Source of the DNA: Terriglobia bacterium
GTDB taxonomy: Bacteria; Acidobacteriota; Polarisedimenticolia; Polarisedimenticolales; JAIQFR01
DNA: 64,000 nucleotides
Direction of reading: 5' to 3'
Assembly (NCBI GenBank): GCA_963748015.1
Contig: CAVVHE010000006.1
Coordinates: forward strand, 192,001-256,000
The translations under genes and the position numbers were made by a program. Positions within the stretch are counted from its first letter, which is position 1. Every line of letters begins with the position of its first letter. Positions 1 to 9,820 of this stretch are shown piece by piece. The notes beneath the pieces are model-generated. The model was not told the DNA's origin, made no database searches, and saw only the letters and a program-made list of their open reading frames with translations.

Positions 1-1797
1 GAGCTGGCTCTTCGGGACGGCGACCCCCGCCTGGAAGAGGAGCAGGCCCGTGCTCGACATCGTGTAGACGCCGGTATAGCGGAACGGGTTGAAGGTGACC
101 TTCTCCGCGATCGGCACGGCCTCGCCGCGGGTGCTCAGGGACGCGGCGTCGAATGGCTGCGCGGTCAGATTGCCGTCGCGCACGCAGACGAGGTGGCCGG
201 GCTCGGCGTAGAACCCCTCACCGTCCGCCTTCGCGACGACCTTCGTCTCCTTCGTATCGAGATCGAGCGACCGGATCTCGTTGTCCTTGCCGCCGACGTT
301 CCCCGCGGCGGTCAGGAACAGCAAACGATTCCCGTCCGGAAGGAAGTGCGGCAGGCGGTGCGTCAGGGTGGTCTTGTCCACGGTCGTGACCGCGACCGGC
401 GTTCCGCCCGCGGCGGGGATCTGCATGAGGGCGCCGAAGGGGTCGGGAGCGAAGACGATCGTGCCGTTTCGCGACCAGCTTCCGCCGCGGCCGTCGTCGG
501 CATCGCAGAGCGTCACCGCCGTCCCACCGTTGGCGGGCACCTTCTTCAGCTTGCGGTCCGCGAAGAAGCCGATGTGTAGCCCGTCGGGGGACCAGAAGGG
601 ACAGGTCGCGCCTTCGGTTCCCGCGAGGGGCTGCGCGACGAGGCTGTCGAGCGGCCGGACCCAGAGACGCAGCGGACCATCGGCCTCCGACGCGACGATC
701 GCCAGCTTCGTTCCATCCGGCGAGAGGGCGACGGGCGCATTCTGGGAGTCTAGCGTGGCCCCGGGCGGCAGCAACACGCTCGCCCGCACGACGGGTCTCG
801 GCGCGGGACGATGGGAAAGGTAGCCGCCGGCTGCCGCGCCGGCCGCCAGGACGAGCGCCGCAATCCAGGGAAGCCACGCGCGTCCGCGCCGGATCGGGGC
901 CGTCGGCAGCGGCACCGACTGCGCGGAGGCCTGGGAGCCGCTCTCGGCGATCCACTTCAGCGCGCGCTTGAGATCGCCGGCGCCCTGCCACCTCTCGTCC
1001 GGGTCCTTGGCGAGGCATTGCCGTACGATCCGATCGAGCGCCGCGGGGCTCATCGGCCGGATCTCCGGGATCGGTCGCGGCTGCTCCTTCAGGATCGCGG
1101 CGATCAGCGAGGCCTGCGTCTTACCCTCGAACGCGGGCTGCCCCGTCGCCATCTCGTAGAGCACCGCGCCGAAGGCGAAGATGTCGCTGCGCGGGTCGGC
1201 CTCGCTCCCCTCGAGCTGCTCCGGCGCCATGTACCGGAAGGTCCCGACGAGGGTCCCCGCCGCCGTGAGGGGGCTCGTCATGGTCGGCGACGCGGTGAGG
1301 TTCGACGGCGCGGCGGCGGAGCCGATGCTCTTGGCGAGGCCGAAGTCGAGGAGCTTCGTCCCCGACTTCGAGATCATGATGTTTCCCGGCTTGAGGTCGC
1401 GATGGATCAGCCCGCCCCGGTGCGCCCTGTCGAGGGCGTCGGCGACGTCGATCGCGTAGCGGAGGAGGTCGTCGGTCGGGATCGGTCCCTTCTCGATCTT
1501 CCGGGCGAGCGTCTCCCCCTCGAGATACTCCATCACGAGGTAGTCGACGCCGTCCTGCTCGCCGATGTCGTGCAGCGTGCAGATGTTCGGGTGGTTGAGG
1601 CTCGAGACGGCCTTCGCCTCGCGCTCGAACCGCTCGCGGACGTCGGGGCTCGCGGCGACGTGGGAGGGGAGGACCTTGACCGCGACGGTCCGGTCGAGCC
1701 GCGTGTCGCGTGCCTTGTAGACCTCTCCCATCCCCCCGGCCCCGAGGGGAGCGAGGATCTCGTACGGGCCGAGCCGTATTCCAGGATTCAGCGGCAT
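1..1797 (-). CDS. Hanks-type Ser/Thr protein kinase with TM segment and PD40/TolB-like beta-propeller (3' end outside window)
   Basis: Manual translation from ATG 1797 gives MPLNPGIRLGPYEILAPLGAGGMGEVYKARD..., with HRDLKPGN, DFGLAK, GTFRYMAPEQ and later SPDG repeats. It is absent from the ORF track because it has no stop in the window. Paralogous to 3944 and 22858. Confidence 0.93.
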   Translation of the reverse strand, partial: MPLNPGIRLGPYEILAPLGAGGMGEVYKARDTRLDRTVAVKVLPSHVAASPDVRERFEREAKAVSSLNHPNICTLHDIGEQDGVDYLVMEYLEGETLARKIEKGPIPTDDLLRYAIDVADALDRAHRGGLIHRDLKPGNIMISKSGTKLLDFGLAKSIGSAAAPSNLTASPTMTSPLTAAGTLVGTFRYMAPEQLEGSEADPRSDIFAFGAVLYEMATGQPAFEGKTQASLIAAILKEQPRPIPEIRPMSPAALDRIVRQCLAKDPDERWQGAGDLKRALKWIAESGSQASAQSVPLPTAPIRRGRAWLPWIAALVLAAGAAAGGYLSHRPAPRPVVRASVLLPPGATLDSQNAPVALSPDGTKLAIVASEADGPLRLWVRPLDSLVAQPLAGTEGATCPFWSPDGLHIGFFADRKLKKVPANGGTAVTLCDADDGRGGSWSRNGTIVFAPDPFGALMQIPAAGGTPVAVTTVDKTTLTHRLPHFLPDGNRLLFLTAAGNVGGKDNEIRSLDLDTKETKVVAKADGEGFYAEPGHLVCVRDGNLTAQPFDAASLSTRGEAVPIAEKVTFNPFRYTGVYTMSSTGLLLFQAGVAVPKSQL

Positions 1798-1890
1798 GAT
1801 CTTCCCAGAATACCACGAAGCAGCGCCGGTCGGTGTTTCCCGGGGCCCCGACCGGCGCGTTATGATGGACGGTCCTGGCAAGGAGGACCG

Positions 1891-3618
1891 ATGCCCACGC
1901 CTCAGGAATCCCTGCTCGACGCGATCCGCGACGCCGTGATCGGCGACGACCAGGTGCTCGACGGGCCGTTCGGGCCGCGCCGCGTCACCTATGCCGACTA
2001 CACCGCGTCGGGGCGCTCACTCGCCTTCATCGAGGACTACATCCGCCGCGAGGTCCTCCCGCTCTACGCCAACACGCACACCGAGACGTCGGGGACCGGC
2101 CTGCAGACGACGCGCTTCCGGGAGGACGCCCGACGCATCGTGCTCGAGAGCGTCGGGGGGACCGACGCCGACGGGGTGATCTTCTGCGGATCCGGCGCCA
2201 CCGCGGCGGTGAACACCCTGATCGGAATCCTGAACCTGAGGATCCCGGCGGACCTCGACGATCGCTACCGGCTGAGCGAGAGGATCCCGCCGCAAGAGCG
2301 CCCCGTCGTCTTCATCGGGCCCTACGAGCATCACTCCAACGAGATCCCGTGGCGGGAGTCGATCGCCGAGGTCGTCGTCATCGACGAGAGCGGAGACGGC
2401 GGCGTGGACCTCGACCACTTCGAGCGCGAGCTGAAGCGGTTCGCGGAGCGGCCGCTCAGGATCGGGAGCTTCTCGGCGGCGTCCAACGTGACGGGGATCG
2501 AGACCGACACGAGGGCGATCACCGTCCTGCTCCACCGCCACGGCGCGCTCTCGTTCTGGGACTACGCCGCCGCCGCTCCCTACGTCGAGATCGAGATGAA
2601 CCCGCGCGGCGGGAGTGACGCCGAGCTCGCGCGCAAGGACGCCATCTTCCTCTCGCCGCACAAGTTCGTCGGCGGTCCCGGCACGCCCGGGGTGCTCGTC
2701 GTGAAGCGCGCGCTCCTCCGCAATCGCGTTCCCACGATGCCGGGCGGAGGAACGGTCGCGTACGTCAATCCCAGGGACCACCGCTACCTCGACGATCGGG
2801 TGCACCGCGAGGAGGGTGGGACCCCCGCCATCGTCGAGGCGATCCGGGCGGGCCTCGTCTTCCAGTTGAAGCAGGCGGTGGGGACCGACCTGATTCGCCG
2901 GCGCGAGGACGCCTTCATCCGGCGCGCGATCGCGTCGTGGTCGCGGAACCCGAACATCGACATCCTGGGGAACCAGGACGCCCGCCGCCTCTCCATCGTC
3001 TCCTTCGTGGTCCGGCACGGCGCACGCCACCTGCACCACAACTTCGTCGTGGCGGTGCTCAACGACCTGTTCGGCATCCAGGCCCGCGGCGGCTGCTCGT
3101 GCGCCGGCCCTTACGGCCACCGGCTGCTCGGCATCGACCTCACGAGATCTCGCGAGTTCGAGGAGGAGATCGTCAAGGGGAACGAGGGGATCAAGCCGGG
3201 GTGGGTCCGCGTCAACTTCAACTACTTCCTTTCCGAGCCGGTTTTCGAGTTCGTCCTCGAGGCGGTGCATCTCGTCGCGGAGCGCGGGTGGGCGCTCCTC
3301 CCGCAGTACCGATTCGATCCCGCGACCGGAAGGTGGACGCACCGCGATGCACGCACCGACCCGGCGATGCGCCTGACCGACGTGACCTACCGCGACGGGC
3401 GCATGGAGTACCTCTCGAAGCACCCCACGCTGCCCGAATCCGCGCTGGTGCTTCATCTCGCCGAGGCCCGCCAGGTCCTGGACGAGGCGGCGCGCGCCCT
3501 CCCACCCTCGGCGGGGGAGTCGCCGCGTCCCTCATCGTTCGAGCACCTTCGCTGGTTTCCCCTGCCGGAGGACGTTTGGGGGAACCTCGATGGCAAGGAA
3601 GACGGCCGGCGCAAGTGA
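1891..3618 (+). CDS. Class V PLP-dependent aminotransferase / cysteine desulfurase-like protein
   Basis: YADYTASGR, YANTHT, EHHSN, SPHK (PLP lysine), GGTP and RGGCSCAG motifs. AAGGAGG RBS before ATG 1891; the upstream part of ORF 811 is a shadow of the kinase. Confidence 0.92.
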   Translation: MPTPQESLLDAIRDAVIGDDQVLDGPFGPRRVTYADYTASGRSLAFIEDYIRREVLPLYANTHTETSGTGLQTTRFREDARRIVLESVGGTDADGVIFCGSGATAAVNTLIGILNLRIPADLDDRYRLSERIPPQERPVVFIGPYEHHSNEIPWRESIAEVVVIDESGDGGVDLDHFERELKRFAERPLRIGSFSAASNVTGIETDTRAITVLLHRHGALSFWDYAAAAPYVEIEMNPRGGSDAELARKDAIFLSPHKFVGGPGTPGVLVVKRALLRNRVPTMPGGGTVAYVNPRDHRYLDDRVHREEGGTPAIVEAIRAGLVFQLKQAVGTDLIRRREDAFIRRAIASWSRNPNIDILGNQDARRLSIVSFVVRHGARHLHHNFVVAVLNDLFGIQARGGCSCAGPYGHRLLGIDLTRSREFEEEIVKGNEGIKPGWVRVNFNYFLSEPVFEFVLEAVHLVAERGWALLPQYRFDPATGRWTHRDARTDPAMRLTDVTYRDGRMEYLSKHPTLPESALVLHLAEARQVLDEAARALPPSAGESPRPSSFEHLRWFPLPEDVWGNLDGKEDGRRK

Positions 3619-3763
3619 ACTGTTGCGCCAACGTCAGCGAGCCTCGTCGCGGTTAGCCGACCACCAGACTCTCACGTGGGCCCCGTCGCCATCGCCCTGT
3701 CCGTGAGTACCGGAGCGGCGCGAGCGAGGTCCCCTCGCGACTCGATTCGGAAGCGGCCGCGGG

Positions 3764-3929
3764 CTGGTGTCCCGAGTCCGAGGTGCGTCACCTATTTCGC
3801 CGGCCCTGGCCGGCCCTGGCTGCGTCGGGCCTCCTCGAAGTACTCCCGGTATTCCTTCGTCGGCCCTCCTTGCCAGGACCGCCCATGGCTCGGCGAAATA
3901 GGCAACGTACCTCGGACTCGGGACACTAG
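3764..3929. mobile_element. MITE-like long palindromic element (166 bp)
   Basis: 3764-3802 matches the reverse complement of 3891-3929 at 35/39, with further pairing of 3803-3820 to 3872-3889. Bounded by CTGG / CTAG; no credible coding capacity. Confidence 0.8.
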
Positions 3930-3943
3930 TGTAAAGTGAGAGG

Positions 3944-6640
3944 ATGTTCCTCTCCGTCGGCACACGACTCGGCCCTTATGAGATCGTCGGGGCACTAGGC
4001 GCGGGCGGGATGGGCGAGGTGTACCGCGCCCGAGACCCGCGCCTCGGGCGCGACGTGGCGATCAAGGCCCTGCCCGCGGCGTTCGCGCAGGACCCCGAGC
4101 GGCTCGCGCGCTTCGAGCGCGAGGCGAGGCTCCTGGCGTCGTTGTCGCACCCGAACGTCGCCGGCATCCACGGGCTCGAGGAAGTCGAGGGGGGGCGTTA
4201 CCTGGTGCTCGAGCTCGTCGAGGGCGAGACGCTCGCCGCGAGGCTCGCGCGCGGGCCGCTGCCGCTCGACGAGGCGCTCGAGGTCGCGAAGCAGATCGCG
4301 GCGGGAGTGGAAGCGGCGCACGAGAGCGGGGTGGTGCACCGGGACCTCAAGCCCGGGAACGTGATGCTGACGCCGTCGGGCGCGGTGAAGGTGCTGGATT
4401 TCGGCCTCGCGAAGGCGGGCGCGGCCGAGCGAACGGCATCGGGCACGGACCTCGCGGCATCGCCGACCGTGACGCACGCGGCGACGCAAGCCGGCGTGAT
4501 TCTCGGGACGGCGGCGTACATGAGTCCCGAGCAGGCGCGCGGGAGGACGGTGGACAAGCGCTCCGACGTCTGGGCGTTCGGCTGCGTCCTCTACGAGTGC
4601 CTCACGGGCCACCAGGCCTACGAGGGCGAGACGGTTTCGGACCTGATCGCGAAGATACTCCGGGCGGAGCCGGACTGGAGCGCCCTACCGCCCGACATGC
4701 CGCCGCGCGTGCGCGAGCTGCTCGCCCGCTGCCTGCACAAGGACGCCAGGGAGCGGCTGCGCGACATCGGCGAGGCGCGCATCGTCCTCGCGTCTCCGTT
4801 TGAAGAGAGAACCGCGGCGGCGCCCGCCTCGCGCCCGGGGGGCCTGTCCTGGTGGGCGGTGGCGGCGCTCGCCCTCGCCCTGGTGACTCTGACGGTGTCT
4901 GCCGCGCTGAGGTTCGGCTCGTCCACCGCACCCGCTCCGCTGCGCAAGCTCGACCTGTCCGCGGGCGACATCGTCGTCTCCTGGGCCGAGGGACCGGTTC
5001 TCTCTCCAGACGGCTCGAGGATCGCCTATCTTTCGAGGAACCGGATCTGGGTGCGGGACCTCGACCGGCTCGCGCCCCGCGCCGTCGCCGACGTCCTGTC
5101 GCGGACGCCGATCGGCTGGTCGCCCGACTCCGGTTCGCTGGCGTTCGTGGACGGCAAGAAGCTCTGGAAGGTGCCGGTCGAGGGGGGCAGGCCGATCGCC
5201 ATCTGCGAGATCCCCGGCGCTGGAAACATCATCGGGGTGACCTGGTCCCGCTCGGGAACGATCGCCTTCTCGGCCTGGCGAGGCGGGATGTACCGAGTGC
5301 CCGCCGGAGGAGGGACCGCGGAGCTCCTGATCGACATCGACCCGGCCACGACAATCGACTTCCACAGCCCCTCCTGGCTGGCGAACGGAGATCTCCTCTA
5401 CACCACACACTGGAAGTCCGCGCGAGACGGCAAGGGCCAACCGCTGCCCCACCTGAGCGTGTTCGACGGCAAGCGGCAGATCCCGGTCGCCGGCAGTTTC
5501 GGCGGCGACGACGAGTCGCCCATCGTGACGTCCACCGGGCAGCTCCTGTTCCTGCGCCGGGGCGCGAACTCCGGAATCTGGTCGATTCCGATCGATCTCG
5601 AGCGCCGGCGCGCAGAAGGGACCGAGGTCCTCGTGGCGCCCGACGCCGTGTGGATGAGCGCGTCGGAGGATGGCTCCCTGCTCTACGTGGAGGGATCGAG
5701 CAGCGACGCGGCGCGAGAGCTGGTCTGGGCGGACCGGTCGGGGAAGGTGCTCGAGGCGGTCGGGCCTGCCCATCCCGGCCTCGCCGACCCGGCGCTTTCG
5801 CCCGACGGCCGGCGCATCGCGTTCAGCGCCACGGACGGCAACAACCAGGATGTTTGGGTTCGCGACCTGTCCCGCGGCACCGAAACCCGGATCACGTTCG
5901 GCGAGCAGAGGGAGAGCCTGCCGGTCTGGCTCGCCTCGGCGTCCCGGCTCGCGTACGTCGAGCAAAAGGGCATGGAGGGGCGCATCGTCGCGGCCAATGC
6001 GGACGGATCGGGAGCGCAGAGCGAGTTCGCGCCGGCAGCCGGCCTGGGGGGATCGGGCGGCGATCTCAGCGTTGCCGCGGATGGAACGTGGGCTGCCCGG
6101 ATCGTCGACGACCGCGGACAGGGACGGCTGAGAGTCGCCCAGGTACTGCCCGACGGCACCCTCGGCCCGCTCCGGCCGGTCCTGAAGACGCAGCCCGAGC
6201 CGGACATCAACGATGCGAGCGTCTCGCCGGACGGGCGGCTCCTTGCGTACGTGACGAACAACCCGGGGCAGGTGGACCTGTTCCTGACCCGGTTCCCTTC
6301 GGGCGAAGGGAAGTGGCAGGTCGGCACCGAGGGCGGGCGCGCGCCGCGGTGGGCACGCGACGGCAAGGAGCTGCTCTTCATCTCCGGCAGCGGTCCCACC
6401 CGACGCAGCATGGTCTCGGTGAACGTGGATTCCTCGCAGGAGCCGCCGCTCGGTGCCATGACCCGTCTGTTCGAGCTTGGCGACGGACTCGACCTCTCGG
6501 ATGCGCGCCGGTTCGACGTTACCGCGGACGGGTCGAAGTTCTTGTTCGTCCGCCCCGCGGGTGGCGCCGCCGACACGCTTCGGCGCATGGTCCTGGTGCA
6601 GAACTGGCGGATCGAATTCGAAAGAAAGGGTGGGCGCTGA
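3944..6640 (+). CDS. Hanks-type Ser/Thr protein kinase with TM segment and PD40/TolB-like beta-propellers
   Basis: GAGGMG, VAIK, HRDLKPGN, DFGLAK, GTAAYMSPEQ, a hydrophobic helix, then repeated (L/W)SPDG motifs. Confidence 0.95.
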   Translation: MFLSVGTRLGPYEIVGALGAGGMGEVYRARDPRLGRDVAIKALPAAFAQDPERLARFEREARLLASLSHPNVAGIHGLEEVEGGRYLVLELVEGETLAARLARGPLPLDEALEVAKQIAAGVEAAHESGVVHRDLKPGNVMLTPSGAVKVLDFGLAKAGAAERTASGTDLAASPTVTHAATQAGVILGTAAYMSPEQARGRTVDKRSDVWAFGCVLYECLTGHQAYEGETVSDLIAKILRAEPDWSALPPDMPPRVRELLARCLHKDARERLRDIGEARIVLASPFEERTAAAPASRPGGLSWWAVAALALALVTLTVSAALRFGSSTAPAPLRKLDLSAGDIVVSWAEGPVLSPDGSRIAYLSRNRIWVRDLDRLAPRAVADVLSRTPIGWSPDSGSLAFVDGKKLWKVPVEGGRPIAICEIPGAGNIIGVTWSRSGTIAFSAWRGGMYRVPAGGGTAELLIDIDPATTIDFHSPSWLANGDLLYTTHWKSARDGKGQPLPHLSVFDGKRQIPVAGSFGGDDESPIVTSTGQLLFLRRGANSGIWSIPIDLERRRAEGTEVLVAPDAVWMSASEDGSLLYVEGSSSDAARELVWADRSGKVLEAVGPAHPGLADPALSPDGRRIAFSATDGNNQDVWVRDLSRGTETRITFGEQRESLPVWLASASRLAYVEQKGMEGRIVAANADGSGAQSEFAPAAGLGGSGGDLSVAADGTWAARIVDDRGQGRLRVAQVLPDGTLGPLRPVLKTQPEPDINDASVSPDGRLLAYVTNNPGQVDLFLTRFPSGEGKWQVGTEGGRAPRWARDGKELLFISGSGPTRRSMVSVNVDSSQEPPLGAMTRLFELGDGLDLSDARRFDVTADGSKFLFVRPAGGAADTLRRMVLVQNWRIEFERKGGR

Positions 6641-6758
6641 GGATCCCGCCGAGCGCCGGCACCCGCCGACGCTCGGACACTCGGAAATCGAAGCGGGGCG
6701 CTTCCATCAAGGACGAAGAGAAGAAGGAATCGGGGCGAATCGTGCCCGGGCGGAGGGC

Positions 6759-8990
6759 ATGAAGCGCAATCCGGGGGCCGGTAGGCTGACCCTGTGCGAA
6801 TGTGTCGCCGTCGGGATTCTAGCGGCCGGCGCGTTCGCGCATGCCTGGGCGTTCGAGGGACGCGTCGTCGATCGCCGCACCGGCTCGCCGGTGGCGGGAG
6901 CCACGGTCACGGTCGTGGGACGCAGCGGGACCGCGCGCACGGACGGCGACGGGCGATTCGAGTGGAAGCCGGACCCCCCGACGCCCTTCGCGATCGTCGT
7001 GGTGCTCCCGGGCGGCGCCGTCGCGGGGCCCGCGCGGGTCGAGCGGATCGACCACGCCGCGGTTACGACGATCGAGCTCGAGGCCGCGGTCCACGAGTCG
7101 GTGACCGTCGTGGGGGTCGCGCCCAGCATCGACACGACCCCGGCCGCGGGCACGACGCTGCTGTCCGATGCGCAGATCGCGAGACGCAACCCGGCGAACC
7201 TGATGCAGGCGCTCGAGACGGTCCCCGGAGTCAGCCAGGTTTCCGAGGGGCAGGCCGCGGTTCCCGCGATCCGCGGCCTCGCGCGCGGCCGGTCGCTGAT
7301 CCTGGTCGACGGCACGAGGGTCTCCTCGGAGCGCCGGGTCGGGCCGAGCGCGACCTACCTCGACCCGTCGATCCTCGAGGGAATCGACGTCGCGAGGGGG
7401 CCCGGCTCGGTGGCCTACGGCTCGGACGCGCTGGGCGGGGTGATCTCGCTGCGCACGCGCCGCGCCGAGCCTCGCAGCCCGCTCCAACTGCGCTTCCTGG
7501 CCGCCGCCGGGACCGGGATTCCCGAAAGGCGCGGCTCGATCGAGCTGTCGAAGGGCTTCGCCGAAGGCGGGATCCTCGTGCAGGCGCACGGGCGCGACGC
7601 CGACGACTACACCGGCCCGGACGGCGAGAGCGTCTTGAACTCGGGCTGGAGCGACCGCGGCCTGCTCGTGCGCCTCGACGACCGTCTCGGCCCCGGCGAG
7701 CTCTCGCTCGGATACCAAGGGGACTTCGCGCGGGACGTCGAGCGGCCGCGCAGTAATTCCGGCTCGGTCCGCTTCTACTACCCGTACGAGAACTCGCACC
7801 GCCTGACCGCGGCCTACGAGCTCCCGGCCGTCGCGGGATTCGAGAAGCTCGCCTTCAACGGGTTCTTCGGTCGCTACGAGCAGCGGACGGACCAGGATCG
7901 CTTCTCCGCCCCGGAGCGGACCATCGACCGGGCGGATATCTCGGCCGACGATTTCCAGGTCCGGGGGGTCGCGGAGCGTCTCGCCGGTCCGGTGCGTCTC
8001 GAGTTCGGGGCGGAGGCGGCCGGCCGGCTCGGGCTCGAGGCGGAGGAGATCCGCATCGCGTACGACGCGGCGGGAGAGCTCGCGCAGAGCGAGTCGCTGA
8101 CGGCGATCGCCGACGCGAGCCGTCTCGACACGGCGGCATTCGCGCAGGCGCAGGCGGCCCTCTCGCGCGTCGTGTTCGTCTCGGGCGGCCTCAGGGCCGA
8201 CCGGGTCAGGACGAAGAACGAGGGCGGCTACTTCGGCGACCGTTCGACGTCGAACTCCGCGGTCTCGGGTTTCGGCGCGGTGACGGCGGGCCCCGCTCGC
8301 GGGTTCACCTTCACGGCGCAGCTCTCGCGCGGCTTCCGCGACCCGATGCTGTCGGACCGCTACTATCGCGGCCCCACCGGACGGGGCTACGTCACGGGGA
8401 ACCCCGACCTCGAGCCGGAGACCAGCGTCCAGTGGGACCTCGCGCTTCGCTACGCGGCCGGTCCCGTGCGAGTCGCGGCGTACGCGTATCGCTACACGAT
8501 CGAGGATCTCGTGGAGCGCTACGCCAGCGAGGAGAATCCCGACGATTTCCTCTTCCGGAACCGCGGCAGCGCTCGGCTTCGAGGGCTCGAGCTGGAGCTG
8601 CAATCGGCGCTGGGGCGCGGCTTCGTTCTCGAGGCGGCGGCGCAGACCGAGCGCGGGACGACGCAGGACGACGGCAAGGGCCTCGACGACGTGCCGGCGG
8701 GATCGCTCTCGATCCTCCTGCGCAAGGAGCTTGGGGAAAAGGGCTTTGCCCAGATCCGCGCCGGTTGGTTCGCCCCGGACGACCGGCCGGGCCCCACCGA
8801 GAGCCAGGCCACGGCTCCCGGCTACACGCTCGTGGACATCGGCGCCGGCTGGCGGCCGTCCCCGTCGCTCGAGTTCCGCGCGCAGGTACGCAACGTGCTC
8901 GATGCCGAGTACTGGGCCAGCCCGGACCCGCGATGGGTGTACGCGCCGGGCCGGTCGGCGAGCATCACGGCCGTGGCCACATTTCGTTGA
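6759..8990 (+). CDS. TonB-dependent outer membrane receptor with N-terminal carboxypeptidase-regulatory-like domain
   Basis: Signal peptide, GRVVD..G.PVAGATV, TonB-box-like ESVTV, plug motifs (IRGL, LILVDG, RGPGSVAYGSDALGGVI), GNPDLEPE and barrel end PGRS...ATFR. Confidence 0.92.
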   Translation: MKRNPGAGRLTLCECVAVGILAAGAFAHAWAFEGRVVDRRTGSPVAGATVTVVGRSGTARTDGDGRFEWKPDPPTPFAIVVVLPGGAVAGPARVERIDHAAVTTIELEAAVHESVTVVGVAPSIDTTPAAGTTLLSDAQIARRNPANLMQALETVPGVSQVSEGQAAVPAIRGLARGRSLILVDGTRVSSERRVGPSATYLDPSILEGIDVARGPGSVAYGSDALGGVISLRTRRAEPRSPLQLRFLAAAGTGIPERRGSIELSKGFAEGGILVQAHGRDADDYTGPDGESVLNSGWSDRGLLVRLDDRLGPGELSLGYQGDFARDVERPRSNSGSVRFYYPYENSHRLTAAYELPAVAGFEKLAFNGFFGRYEQRTDQDRFSAPERTIDRADISADDFQVRGVAERLAGPVRLEFGAEAAGRLGLEAEEIRIAYDAAGELAQSESLTAIADASRLDTAAFAQAQAALSRVVFVSGGLRADRVRTKNEGGYFGDRSTSNSAVSGFGAVTAGPARGFTFTAQLSRGFRDPMLSDRYYRGPTGRGYVTGNPDLEPETSVQWDLALRYAAGPVRVAAYAYRYTIEDLVERYASEENPDDFLFRNRGSARLRGLELELQSALGRGFVLEAAAQTERGTTQDDGKGLDDVPAGSLSILLRKELGEKGFAQIRAGWFAPDDRPGPTESQATAPGYTLVDIGAGWRPSPSLEFRAQVRNVLDAEYWASPDPRWVYAPGRSASITAVATFR

Positions 8991-9026
8991 CGGGGCGGGG
9001 AAGCCGCCAGGGGCGGCGCCCGTCGC

Positions 9027-9809
9027 TCAATCCACGCCGTGATCGTGCAGGCGCACGATCTGATCGACGGTGAGATTCTCGAACCCGGAGGCACGGACGC
9101 GGGCGACGTACGCCACGTCGACGCCGTGCTCGCGGAGCCGGATGATCTCCTCGACGCTCGCGCGGCCAAGACCCGCGGCGACCAGGCCCTTGACGAATCC
9201 GGCGTCCACGCCGCGTTCCCTGAGCTTGACCACGTCCTCGGCCGCCAGGCCGATGTAGCCCGATTCCGCGAGCGCGCGAAGGTAGTCGCCGTCCACGCCG
9301 CGATCGCGCAGGCGGGCGAGGTCCTTCGTGTCCACGATCCCCGGCGAGAGGCGTCTCGCGTCCCTCGCGAAGGAAAGGGAAACGTCGTGGACGGCCATGG
9401 CGAAGACGTCTTCCTCGCCCAGGTCGGCGTAGCCCAGCGCCCGGAGCTCCGGGGCGAACGCCGGGTTCGGCACGAACCGGTACCCGCCACGACCAAGTCC
9501 GAGGGTCACCGTGCCCTCGAGCACGAATGCACCTGCGTCGCGATCGACCGTGAACGAGACGGCCGCGCGCGCGGCGTGCAGCTGCTCGCGGGTGAGGCCG
9601 CTCAGGTCGGAAAGTGGGAGGTCGCTGCTCCAGGTCCAGCTCGAGGTGGACGTGCGGCGGGTCAGCTCCAGCCGCAGGGAGTCGCCCGGCTTCCAGTTGT
9701 TGAGGCTCCACTCTCCCTGGTAGGTGTTCGGGCCGCCGGGGCCCTCGGCGCCCGAGGACGCGCCGGCACATAGGAGCAGCGCGACGATTCCCGTTGCAAT
9801 GCGTCTCAT
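9027..9809 (-). CDS. Secreted hypothetical protein with 29-aa helical repeats; third gene of the BlaI/M56 operon
   Basis: GGAGG RBS, signal peptide MRRIATGIVALLLCAGASS, and repeats such as EDVVKLRERGVD and EEIIRLREHGVD that are shared with the M56 C-terminus. Confidence 0.85.
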   Translation of the reverse strand: MRRIATGIVALLLCAGASSGAEGPGGPNTYQGEWSLNNWKPGDSLRLELTRRTSTSSWTWSSDLPLSDLSGLTREQLHAARAAVSFTVDRDAGAFVLEGTVTLGLGRGGYRFVPNPAFAPELRALGYADLGEEDVFAMAVHDVSLSFARDARRLSPGIVDTKDLARLRDRGVDGDYLRALAESGYIGLAAEDVVKLRERGVDAGFVKGLVAAGLGRASVEEIIRLREHGVDVAYVARVRASGFENLTVDQIVRLHDHGVD

Positions 9810-9820
9810 CGAGACCTCCG

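Noticed and set aside
811..1890. 360-aa N-terminal extension of the aminotransferase
   Set aside because: It is antisense to the kinase; the real start at 1891 has an RBS and family similarity begins there.
6641..6758. Cobalamin or other riboswitch ahead of the TonB receptor
   Set aside because: The spacer is short and I could not find the conserved riboswitch boxes; an Rfam scan would be definitive.
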